Source of the DNA: Candidatus Saccharimonadales bacterium
GTDB taxonomy: Bacteria > Patescibacteriota > Saccharimonadia > Saccharimonadales > DATKHC01
DNA length: 64,000 nucleotides
Direction of reading: 5' to 3'
Assembly (NCBI GenBank): GCA_038317055.1
Contig: JBBQBA010000001.1
Coordinates: 152,153 to 216,152, forward strand
The translations under genes were made by a program, and so were the position numbers. The notes under the pieces are model-generated. The model made no database searches. It was not told the DNA's origin and saw only the letters and a program-made list of their open reading frames with translations. Of the stretch, positions 45,593 to 52,442 are shown piece by piece. Within the stretch, counting starts at the first letter, position 1. Every line of letters starts with the position of its first letter.

Positions 45593-45919
45593 ATGTCACT
45601 ACATGAAATATATACCGACGAAGATACAAAAAATCTACGAGATGCTATAGGTAAATCAATAGTTAGGTCAACTGTTGTGACAGTTTTAAATGTAGAACCA
45701 GGACCATGGAATCTTAAAGACTTAGCTGAAGTTATTTCAACAGAGGCAGGACGATTACTCCCCAAATCTTCTCCCATTACTGGTTATCTAGGCACAGTCA
45801 TGATTAATATGCTTCATAGTGGTGAGCTTCAACAACATGACGGCTTTGGTGGTCTTGAACCTGGTATTAGCTTCCCTAGATCAGAATTCATACAAAGTCA
45901 TATGCAAACACCAAAGTAG
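45593..45919 (+). CDS. cassette 10 ORF: hypothetical protein (108 aa)
   Basis: Its TAG stop lies at the start of R10. No recognisable domain. Confidence 0.45.
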   Translation: MSLHEIYTDEDTKNLRDAIGKSIVRSTVVTVLNVEPGPWNLKDLAEVISTEAGRLLPKSSPITGYLGTVMINMLHSGELQQHDGFGGLEPGISFPRSEFIQSHMQTPK

Positions 45920-45958
45920 AAATAAGTTCCACGTTGGCCCTCCAATATGGTTGTGTTT
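45917..45958 (+). repeat. cassette-boundary repeat R10
   Basis: TAGAAATAAGTTCCACGTTGGCCCTCCAATATGGTTGTGTTT. Perfect core, divergent left arm. Confidence 0.8.
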
Positions 45959-45990
45959 ATTTTTGTTAGTAATACTGTTAAAGTACAGAA

Positions 45991-46215
45991 ATGATGAAGA
46001 AGATAGCTCTTGCAGTAATAATACTGTTAATTGTTGGCGTTGGTGTACTTGTTTGGAAGCACGAACAACAACCACGAATTAGTAAATCTCTCAAATATAA
46101 CAATAATTCTCAACAAGTCTGTCTTAACGAATACTATAATAAACACCCTGAAGTAAGAAATCTCAAACAAGAAGATGTAGTCTCTGCATCTCATTGCTAT
46201 GTTCTTACTCAATAA
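45991..46215 (+). CDS. cassette 11 ORF: small signal-anchored protein (74 aa)
   Basis: MMKKIALAVIILLIVGVGVLVW N-terminal helix. No recognisable domain. Confidence 0.4.
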   Translation: MMKKIALAVIILLIVGVGVLVWKHEQQPRISKSLKYNNNSQQVCLNEYYNKHPEVRNLKQEDVVSASHCYVLTQ

Positions 46216-46255
46216 TTTACAGAAGCAAAAGTTTTACTGCCACTATTTCTAATTT

Positions 46256-46299
46256 CAGTTGCTATATCTTCTACTGAGGTCCTCCAATACAGTTGTGCT
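46256..46299 (+). repeat. cassette-boundary repeat R11 (family B-like, degenerate)
   Basis: CAGTTGCTATATCTTCTACTGAGGTCCTCCAATACAGTTGTGCT. Core has 1 mismatch. Confidence 0.7.
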
Positions 46300-46311
46300 A
46301 AACTTATAGAA

Positions 46312-46557
46312 ATGAATAGGAAGAAGTACTGGTACTCTTCGCAAGGTAATGGTTTATTGCCAATACCTATTGCTCCTCAAGGCTGGTATAACATAATCAT
46401 TGCAGCGGTTGTAGCACTAGTTGCTGCAATTATCTTTTTGCCGCTTCATGATGATCCTACCCAAACGCAGATTAATAAGTTTTTGATTATTGCCATTCCT
46501 GATGCCGTAATTTTCACATTTCTTGTATTTAACAAAAAAGAGCCCCGACAGCATTAA
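46312..46557 (+). CDS. cassette 12 ORF: small two-TM membrane protein (81 aa)
   Basis: Two hydrophobic helices. No recognisable domain. Confidence 0.4.
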   Translation: MNRKKYWYSSQGNGLLPIPIAPQGWYNIIIAAVVALVAAIIFLPLHDDPTQTQINKFLIIAIPDAVIFTFLVFNKKEPRQH

Positions 46558-46567
46558 CGTTTGCTTG

Positions 46568-46617
46568 CAGTACGGTTGCCATAGCCACCACTATGGCCCT
46601 CCAATACGCTTATGCTT
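46568..46617 (+). repeat. cassette-boundary repeat R12
   Basis: CAGTACGGTTGCCATAGCCACCACTATGGCCCTCCAATACGCTTATGCTT. Perfect core. Confidence 0.8.
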
Positions 46618-46699
46618 CTTTGCACATTATCTACGATGTTAAGACCAAACCTATAGCAAATAGATTCATACATGTGAATAATTAGCTCCTCACTGCTCT

Positions 46700-46972
46700 T
46701 TAACGATATTTGTGCACAGCTGACGCCGTCATGAAGGCCACAAAAACTGTGATAACCAAACCGCCCATATCGATTACTTCTCCAGCAAATGGAATAAGGA
46801 TTGCCGCGACTGCTTCAGGTGTTGCTATGAGTAATAACAATGGCGCAATTTTCAAAAAAAGATTTTCATCTTTGCTTAACAAAAAATATTTGTAAGCATG
46901 AAGCCAACTTTGCTTTGGTTTAGTTCGATATGAAACTGTATATACGTCTTTCATTGCTAAAAGTATATGCAT
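46700..46972 (-). CDS. cassette 13 ORF: small membrane protein (90 aa, hypothetical)
   Basis: Only sizeable ORF between R12 and R13. Hydrophobic C-terminal half. Confidence 0.4.
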   Translation of the reverse strand: MHILLAMKDVYTVSYRTKPKQSWLHAYKYFLLSKDENLFLKIAPLLLLIATPEAVAAILIPFAGEVIDMGGLVITVFVAFMTASAVHKYR

Positions 46973-47056
46973 AAAAATGCAATTTGTATGTTAATAAAAT
47001 CACAATTCAATATTAATATAAATAGTACAGATTTTGTCACTTATATTTCGTTTACA

Positions 47057-47090
47057 ATAGCGAAAAGATGGAACTCCAATATGCTTATGC
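47057..47090 (+). repeat. cassette-boundary repeat R13 (degenerate)
   Basis: ATAGCGAAAAGATGGAACTCCAATATGCTTATGC. Core has 2 mismatches. Right arm intact. Confidence 0.6.
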
Positions 47091-47093
47091 ATC

Positions 47094-47525
47094 TTAATCT
47101 ATATTTTTCTGCATATCACCAAGTTGTAGTATTTCAGGAATAGGAATACCCGCTTCAGTTAAAGTATTTATAAGAAGACTTCTTTCAATTTGAATTGTAG
47201 GCCCTATTTCCTCCAAATCATTTATGTGTCTTCTATTAATTACTTCCGATCTTAAAACCATCACTCCATTTATTACTGCTGGAGCAGCATAATATGCAAA
47301 AGCATCTCTAGCAGAGGAGAAGCCGTCAATAGCTCCAAGAGTTGTACCAATAGCAATCACCGAAAGTGCATTTATCAATCTTTGTGTTTTCATTTCTGAT
47401 CTTGTTCGTTCTATAGAAGTTGCTACTAAAACACCATTAAGCTCAATGGATTCTTTATTAGGCACTTTAGAAAATAGTTTCTTCACTGTGTATACTTTTA
47501 TACACATTCGCCTGTAATACGGCAA
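47094..47525 (-). CDS. cassette 14 ORF: hypothetical protein (143 aa; true start may be the internal MKTQRL)
   Basis: Its stop lies 4 nt after R13. One hydrophobic segment. Confidence 0.4.
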   Translation of the reverse strand: MPYYRRMCIKVYTVKKLFSKVPNKESIELNGVLVATSIERTRSEMKTQRLINALSVIAIGTTLGAIDGFSSARDAFAYYAAPAVINGVMVLRSEVINRRHINDLEEIGPTIQIERSLLINTLTEAGIPIPEILQLGDMQKNID

Positions 47526-47544
47526 GCAGTAGCAATTTGAAGAT

Positions 47545-47590
47545 TAGTAGATATAACCATCACGGTGGCCCTCCAAAATGGTTATGCTTT
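47545..47590 (+). repeat. cassette-boundary repeat R14 (family A)
   Basis: TAGTAGATATAACCATCACGGTGGCCCTCCAAAATGGTTATGCTTT. Perfect core. Confidence 0.9.
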
Positions 47591-47624
47591 CAGAAGTAAG
47601 TATTCGAGGTTATCCTTTATACAT

Positions 47625-48227
47625 ATGCAGCTTCATCAAGAACATCATGTAGACCAATTAGAGATGGTAAAAGAGATTAGAGAAAAAGAGGTTAAAGGTC
47701 AATTAGGTTTTATAGCTATTTCGGGATTTGGTGGCTCAGGTAAATCTACATTTTCAGGAGAAATAAGAGAAAGATTGGATCAATGTGAAGTTGTACCTAT
47801 CGATGACTTCATTATTGGACGTAGGGATGAGCGGTCTAGTGATTGGAGTACATTTGATAGAAATAGATTGCATGAAGACATTCTAAAAGTAGCTCGTCCT
47901 AATGTACCTTTAAGTTATAAGATTTATAACAGTGGCGAATGGGTCGCTGGCAAAGGTGGAATATCGAGAACTATTACACCCCAAAAGTTTCTTATAGTTG
48001 AAGGTTGTGGCATATTACATCCCGACCTAATGCCATATTATGACTATTCAGTATGGATTGGTCAGTCCGGGGATACTGCTTGGGAAAAGGCTAAGACTAG
48101 AGATAGATCCGAAGGTAACAATAATGATCAACTATGGGATGAAATATGGGGACCTAATGACATTGATTATTTTAATAAGTATCGACCAGATCAATTAGCT
48201 ACAGCAATAATTGATCCATCAAAGTAA
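47625..48227 (+). CDS. cassette 15 ORF: P-loop kinase (uridine kinase/PRK-like)
   Basis: Start moved to the ATG at 47625, because the track start at 47565 lies inside R14. Walker A SGFGGSGKST. IVEGCGILH. Confidence 0.6.
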   Translation: MQLHQEHHVDQLEMVKEIREKEVKGQLGFIAISGFGGSGKSTFSGEIRERLDQCEVVPIDDFIIGRRDERSSDWSTFDRNRLHEDILKVARPNVPLSYKIYNSGEWVAGKGGISRTITPQKFLIVEGCGILHPDLMPYYDYSVWIGQSGDTAWEKAKTRDRSEGNNNDQLWDEIWGPNDIDYFNKYRPDQLATAIIDPSK

Positions 48228-48240
48228 AATTTTATGCCCT

Positions 48241-48283
48241 TAAATATAACACCCACTGTGGACATCCAATGTGGTTATGCTTT
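48241..48283 (+). repeat. cassette-boundary repeat R15 (family A, degenerate)
   Basis: TAAATATAACACCCACTGTGGACATCCAATGTGGTTATGCTTT. Core has 2 mismatches. Confidence 0.65.
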
Positions 48284-48346
48284 ATTAGCAATTTTTTGAT
48301 ACTATTCTTCATTTCTAAAATCCAATAAAGACTGCATAATAGAATT

Positions 48347-48637
48347 ATGAAGAAACTAAATATTAATGAATTAGATAAACAACTGAAACAGTTATCAAAT
48401 TGGTCCTTAGTTAACGGAAAACTATACAAGGAGTTTATTTTTACTGATTTTAAAAATGCTTTTAGTTTTATGACTGAAGTTGCTAAAAAGGCAGACACAA
48501 TGGATCACCATCCCGATTGGAGTAATTCATACAATAAGGTAGGCATTAATCTTTCAACACATTCAGCAGGTGGAATAACAGAAATCGATATTAAATTTGC
48601 AAAAGCAATCGAAAAATCTGCAAGTAAATATCATTAG
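48347..48637 (+). CDS. 4a-hydroxytetrahydrobiopterin (pterin-4a-carbinolamine) dehydratase
   Basis: 96 aa. ..FKNAFSFMTEVAKKADTMDHHPDWSNSYNKV..L.TH.. is the PCD/DCoH signature. Confidence 0.85.
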   Translation: MKKLNINELDKQLKQLSNWSLVNGKLYKEFIFTDFKNAFSFMTEVAKKADTMDHHPDWSNSYNKVGINLSTHSAGGITEIDIKFAKAIEKSASKYH

Positions 48638-48698
48638 AGTTATATTTTGTGAAGTTAGTATTTAGAAATGTTAAATACATTTTTGATATAATTAACTT

Positions 48699-49067
48699 AT
48701 GAGCGGTTCAAATATAAAAGTTGATGAATACCTAAAAACTTTGCCAAAATGGAAAAAAACTAATTTGGAAATATTTAGAAAACTAGTTCATGGTGCAGAC
48801 TTTTCAATTACTGAAGACTTAAAATGGAGTGTCCCGGTTTTCATAATTAACAATAAGATGGTTTTTGCCATGGCTGCTTTTAAGGCTCACACTAAATTTA
48901 ACTTTATAGCAAATGGAGCCTTAATTGATGATAAGGATCATCTATTTAATAATGGGTTTGATTCCAAAAAATCCCGAGGAATTGATCTTAAAGAGAACGA
49001 GGAAATTAATAATCCAAAGTTACTAGTCCTTATTAAAGCTGCTATAGAAAATATCAGTAGTAAATGA
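48699..49067 (+). CDS. DUF1801 (YdhG-like) domain protein
   Basis: 122 aa. VDEYLKTLP..W....L..IRKLV....P...E.LKW..PVF pattern. Confidence 0.65.
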   Translation: MSGSNIKVDEYLKTLPKWKKTNLEIFRKLVHGADFSITEDLKWSVPVFIINNKMVFAMAAFKAHTKFNFIANGALIDDKDHLFNNGFDSKKSRGIDLKENEEINNPKLLVLIKAAIENISSK

Positions 49068-49109
49068 ATAACTACTTACTATACGTTCACCTCAAAAATA
49101 GTTGGTTAT

Positions 49110-49517
49110 CTAAATTGCTTTCATACGATTATTACGAGGATTGTGCTCTAGTTCAGCAAGATCAAGTGCCTCAAGTAACGGTGGCATATATACTCCGAAC
49201 CGGCCCCTTAGTCCTTTCTTAATTCCATACCAACCACCAGCCGGATTGGATGAAGATCTTGCCCATGCTTCAACTGTTCCACCGGCTGCTGGTTTCTGTT
49301 CATCAGCACCACCAAGTAGCATCCAGTCACCATGTTTTTTAAGCATTTTATGAAGATCATCAATTGCACTTCGCTTGTAGCCAAGAGTAGTTTTGCCAAC
49401 TACACAGACAATTGTATCTGTAGATTCATCAATATACATTTGATAATCTGAAGAACCTGGGGGTGTTTTTAAATTCCAGGGATCTTTTTTAGTTCCTTTT
49501 CCCGAAGCTTTACTCAT
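49110..49517 (-). CDS. conserved hypothetical protein (135 aa)
   Basis: The strongly patterned sequence (DPWNLKTPPG..., GDWMLLGGADEQKP, GGWYGIKKGLRGRFG) looks like a conserved family, but I cannot name it with certainty. Confidence 0.5.
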   Translation of the reverse strand: MSKASGKGTKKDPWNLKTPPGSSDYQMYIDESTDTIVCVVGKTTLGYKRSAIDDLHKMLKKHGDWMLLGGADEQKPAAGGTVEAWARSSSNPAGGWYGIKKGLRGRFGVYMPPLLEALDLAELEHNPRNNRMKAI

Positions 49518-49545
49518 AAGTTAATCCTTATTTAATTTCTATGTA

Positions 49546-50142
49546 TTAGTATAGCTGTTTAAAACGAAAACATTCTTCTATATGATCGTTGACCATGCCA
49601 GTTGCTTGCATAAACGAGTAACAAATTGTAGGTCCTACGAAATTCATACCTCTATTCTTTAAATCTTTACTTAATCTTAATGCTACAAAACTTGAACTTG
49701 GTAAATCTTTAAGATTAGAGATCTTATTTTGAATTGTTTTTCCATTAACATATTCCCATAAATAACTATCAAAACTACCAAACTCTTTTTGTATAGTAAT
49801 TATTGCTTTAGCATTACTAATGACTGACATTATTTTTAGTCTATTACGAATTATTTCCGGATTATTCATTAGCTTTTTTATTTTTATCTCATTAAAGTCA
49901 GCTACTGTTTTAATATCAAAGTTAGCAAAAGCTTGTCTATATCCTTTTCTTTTACGTAGTACTGTCAGCCAACTTAAACCAGCTTGAGCTCCTTCTAATG
50001 TTAAAAGCTCAAAAAGTAGTTGGTCATCGTGCAGCGGTACACCCCATTCTTTGTCATGATATGCAGCATATAACTCGTCATCACCGCACCAATCACATCT
50101 GGTTAGTGGTTTAGCATTGATTATTTTCGTAATATTTTTCAC
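49546..50142 (-). CDS. tag: DNA-3-methyladenine glycosylase I
   Basis: 198 aa. RC.WCGDD.LY..YHD.EWGVP, FELLTLEGAQAGLSW and the C-terminal zinc-ligand H..C. Confidence 0.9.
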   Translation of the reverse strand: MKNITKIINAKPLTRCDWCGDDELYAAYHDKEWGVPLHDDQLLFELLTLEGAQAGLSWLTVLRKRKGYRQAFANFDIKTVADFNEIKIKKLMNNPEIIRNRLKIMSVISNAKAIITIQKEFGSFDSYLWEYVNGKTIQNKISNLKDLPSSSFVALRLSKDLKNRGMNFVGPTICYSFMQATGMVNDHIEECFRFKQLY

Positions 50143-50455
50143 CCCAATTAGCCATCTGTTTTAAGATCGGCAGGAGATCATTCCCTTTTTGGGTAAGAGT
50201 GTATTCAATATGAGGTGGTACTTCGGCAAATTTTTGTTTTGTGATAATGCCATGAGTTTCTAAATCATCTAAACGTTTACTGAGAGTTCTAGGATTAATA
50301 CCGTTGACAGATTTTTCGAGTTCATTAAATCGACTTGGCCCCTTATTTAAATCACGCAAAATAAGCGCCGTCCATTTATTTCCCATTATCTCCATGGCAC
50401 TCGCTATGCAGCCGGATTTTGGTTCTATTTGTTGAATTACTGATGTAGTTTTCAT
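50111..50455 (-). CDS. HxlR family transcriptional regulator
   Basis: 114 aa. MEIMGNKWTALILRDL..GPSRFNELEKSV.GINPRTLSKRLDDLE..GII. Confidence 0.85.
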   Translation of the reverse strand: MKTTSVIQQIEPKSGCIASAMEIMGNKWTALILRDLNKGPSRFNELEKSVNGINPRTLSKRLDDLETHGIITKQKFAEVPPHIEYTLTQKGNDLLPILKQMANWGEKYYENNQC

Positions 50456-50537
50456 ACTTTACTAAGTATAGTATTGGGTCTATACTGCTCTTTACTATAT
50501 AAAGTATATCATAAAAATCTAAATGAGGGAAAATTAT

Positions 50538-51125
50538 ATGAAATTACAAATTATTATTGGAAGTACACGGCCAGAACGAGTCAGCGATAGAATCGCAGAT
50601 TGGGTAGCAGCAGAAGCGGGTGAACTAAATCATACTGAAGTAGAAATTGTTGATTTAGCCGACTATAAAATGCCTTTTTTCGATGAACCCGGTCCTCCAC
50701 AATATCTTCCGGAGCGTAACCCGGTACCTGAAGTAACAAAATTCATCACTAAGTTAGATAAAGCTGATGCATTTGTAATAGTAACCCCTGAATATAATCG
50801 TTCATACCCTGCAGTTTTAAAAAACGCGTTAGATTTTATTGATTTTCAATTTAAACAGAAGCCAATTGCCTTAGTTGCACATGGTTCAAGTGGTGGTGCG
50901 CAAGCAGTTAGTCATTTAAGAGGAACAATACCCGGTTTACTGGGAGTAACTATCCCCTCGGCAACCTATCTTGTTGGTAGAGCCGGTGAAATGATAAATG
51001 GAGAAGGCGTATTACAGGAAGAATTAAAAGCAAATCCATATGGACCACAATCTGCATTAAAGAAAATGCTAACTGAACTTAAGTGGTATAGTGATGCACT
51101 AGCCTCGGCGCGCGCGAAAGACTAA
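50538..51125 (+). CDS. NAD(P)H-dependent FMN reductase family protein
   Basis: Start at the ATG at 50538 (GAGGGA upstream). IIIGSTRPERVS, IVTPEYNRSYPAVLKNALD. Confidence 0.8.
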   Translation: MKLQIIIGSTRPERVSDRIADWVAAEAGELNHTEVEIVDLADYKMPFFDEPGPPQYLPERNPVPEVTKFITKLDKADAFVIVTPEYNRSYPAVLKNALDFIDFQFKQKPIALVAHGSSGGAQAVSHLRGTIPGLLGVTIPSATYLVGRAGEMINGEGVLQEELKANPYGPQSALKKMLTELKWYSDALASARAKD

Positions 51126-51144
51126 ATATTGATATAGTGTTTAG

Positions 51145-51540
51145 ATGGATAATCCTTCTAAACTATCGGATGTGCTAGGCATCAAAGCTAATCAAGAATC
51201 ATTTGTACTTCACGCACCTGAAGGATATAAACACATAATCAAAATACCTATTTTTGTTGATGATACTACTGATTTACCGACTAAGCTTGATTGGTTACAA
51301 GCATTCTATATCGATAGTCAGCCTCTTGAAGCTGAGATATCATCACTTAAGAACTGCTTATCTAAATCTGGTCAATTATGGATATCATGGCCAAAGAAAA
51401 CCTCTGGTGTTGATTCAGACCTAAGCGATAATGTAATTCGATTGATCGGAATAGATTCTGGTCTAGTTGATGTTAAAGTAGTGGCAATTGATGAAATATG
51501 GTCAGGATTAAAATTCGTATACCGAACTGGTGATCGCTAA
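51145..51540 (+). CDS. hypothetical protein (DUF3052-like)
   Basis: 131 aa. ..LGIK......L.AP..Y.........D....F.......L......L...G.LWISWPKK.SG...DL pattern. Call tentative. Confidence 0.45.
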   Translation: MDNPSKLSDVLGIKANQESFVLHAPEGYKHIIKIPIFVDDTTDLPTKLDWLQAFYIDSQPLEAEISSLKNCLSKSGQLWISWPKKTSGVDSDLSDNVIRLIGIDSGLVDVKVVAIDEIWSGLKFVYRTGDR

Positions 51541-51568
51541 GCATTAGTTGTGTTGCTATTATATATCT

Positions 51569-51862
51569 ATGAATAAACACTTAAGCAGTTTTTTTAGAGA
51601 CAAAAAAGGTCATGTGGTCATCACCCAACAACCTAATTTGCCACTTATTGGATTCGTTATATTCTCGATACTAGGTGTCCTTATAAATAAGGGTTCGCAA
51701 GGGTACTTTGTAAAAACACTAGCATTTGGAAGTCTTTTTACATGGTGCTGGCTGGAAATATTTTCTGGTTCTTCACCTTTTCGTAGAGTTCTGGGTCTTA
51801 CTGTGTTAATCGGAAGTACAGTGTCAATAGTTGGCTATCTTAATTTAATTATTCCGAAATAA
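51569..51862 (+). CDS. small multi-pass membrane protein (hypothetical)
   Basis: ATG at 51569 preferred to the upstream TTG. Three hydrophobic helices. Confidence 0.45.
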   Translation: MNKHLSSFFRDKKGHVVITQQPNLPLIGFVIFSILGVLINKGSQGYFVKTLAFGSLFTWCWLEIFSGSSPFRRVLGLTVLIGSTVSIVGYLNLIIPK

Positions 51863-51934
51863 TTAAATTATAATCTTGCCAAAGTTTAAAAATAACCATA
51901 AGATTTAATTAAATAATTAAAAGTTAGGAAAATA

Positions 51935-52441
51935 ATGAAAAATCGAAACCCAATACTCGTATTCGTTTATGGGCTAATTACTTTTGGTATTTACTCTCTT
52001 GTTTGGGCAGTAAAAACAAAAGGAGAAATGAATCAGTTAGGAGAAAAAATACCTACCGCTTGGATAATACTTATTCCTTTAGTTGGTCCTATTTGGTTTT
52101 ACTGGGCATACTCTCAAGGAGTTGGCCATATAACTCAAGAAAAAATGAGCGCAATACTTGCCTTCATTTTGCTATTTCTTCTTGGTGCAATTGGCGAAGC
52201 AATAATTCAAGATAGCTTTAACAATATAGCTGGTGCACCAGCTAGCCCAGTTTCTGCAGGAGTTTCAACAGCTCCAGGAGCTGCACCTACCGTTATGGCA
52301 AATCCTAATGTAAACCAAACTTCGGGAGCAACACCTATTACGCCTTCAGCTCAAGCTCAACCAGCAAGTAGAGTGATTCAACCCTCTACACCAAGTAGTA
52401 ATGGACCTACCCAACCTCCAACTACACCAACTATTGGTTAG
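51935..52441 (+). CDS. DUF4234-like membrane protein with Pro/Ala/Thr-rich tail
   Basis: 168 aa. NPILVFVYGLITFGIYSLVWAVKT..EMN pattern of DUF4234. Low-complexity C-terminus. Confidence 0.5.
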   Translation: MKNRNPILVFVYGLITFGIYSLVWAVKTKGEMNQLGEKIPTAWIILIPLVGPIWFYWAYSQGVGHITQEKMSAILAFILLFLLGAIGEAIIQDSFNNIAGAPASPVSAGVSTAPGAAPTVMANPNVNQTSGATPITPSAQAQPASRVIQPSTPSSNGPTQPPTTPTIG

Positions 52442-52442
52442 A

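Larger units (their letters stand above)
38966..48283 (+). mobile_element. tRNA-Lys-anchored array of 15 single-ORF cassettes bounded by tRNA-3'-end-bearing hairpin repeats (integron-like; no recombinase in window)
   Basis: 15 direct copies of a ~45-bp element (R1-R15), all in the tRNA orientation. There is one ORF per interval, and intervals are 0.28-2.3 kb. The conserved core GGCCCTCCA equals the tRNA-Lys 3' terminus. Confidence 0.6.

Noticed and set aside
38889-48283. Could the ~45-bp direct repeats be a CRISPR array?
   Set aside because: Spacing is irregular (0.28-2.3 kb) and each interval contains a full ORF. The repeats vary in their arms, and no cas genes are present. This is not CRISPR architecture.
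38966-48283. The repeats as RNA-processing 'tRNA punctuation' signals (acceptor-end mimics cleaved by RNase P/Z) in a read-through transcript from the tRNA-Lys promoter
   Set aside because: In the predicted hairpin the tRNA-derived segment is unpaired in the loop, and no acceptor/T-arm minihelix can form. One third of the ORFs are also on the opposite strand. This is not excluded experimentally but is less parsimonious than a recombination-site role.
45093-48498. Minus-strand track ORFs 45093..45329, 45532..45777, 45881..46075, 46027..46212 and 48232..48498, several sharing an ..HIGGP.. or ..HIGCPQW.. peptide
   Set aside because: The shared peptide is simply the reverse-complement translation of the boundary repeat (CATATTGGAGGGCC). 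These ORFs run antisense across repeats and across better plus-strand ORFs, so they are treated as artefacts.
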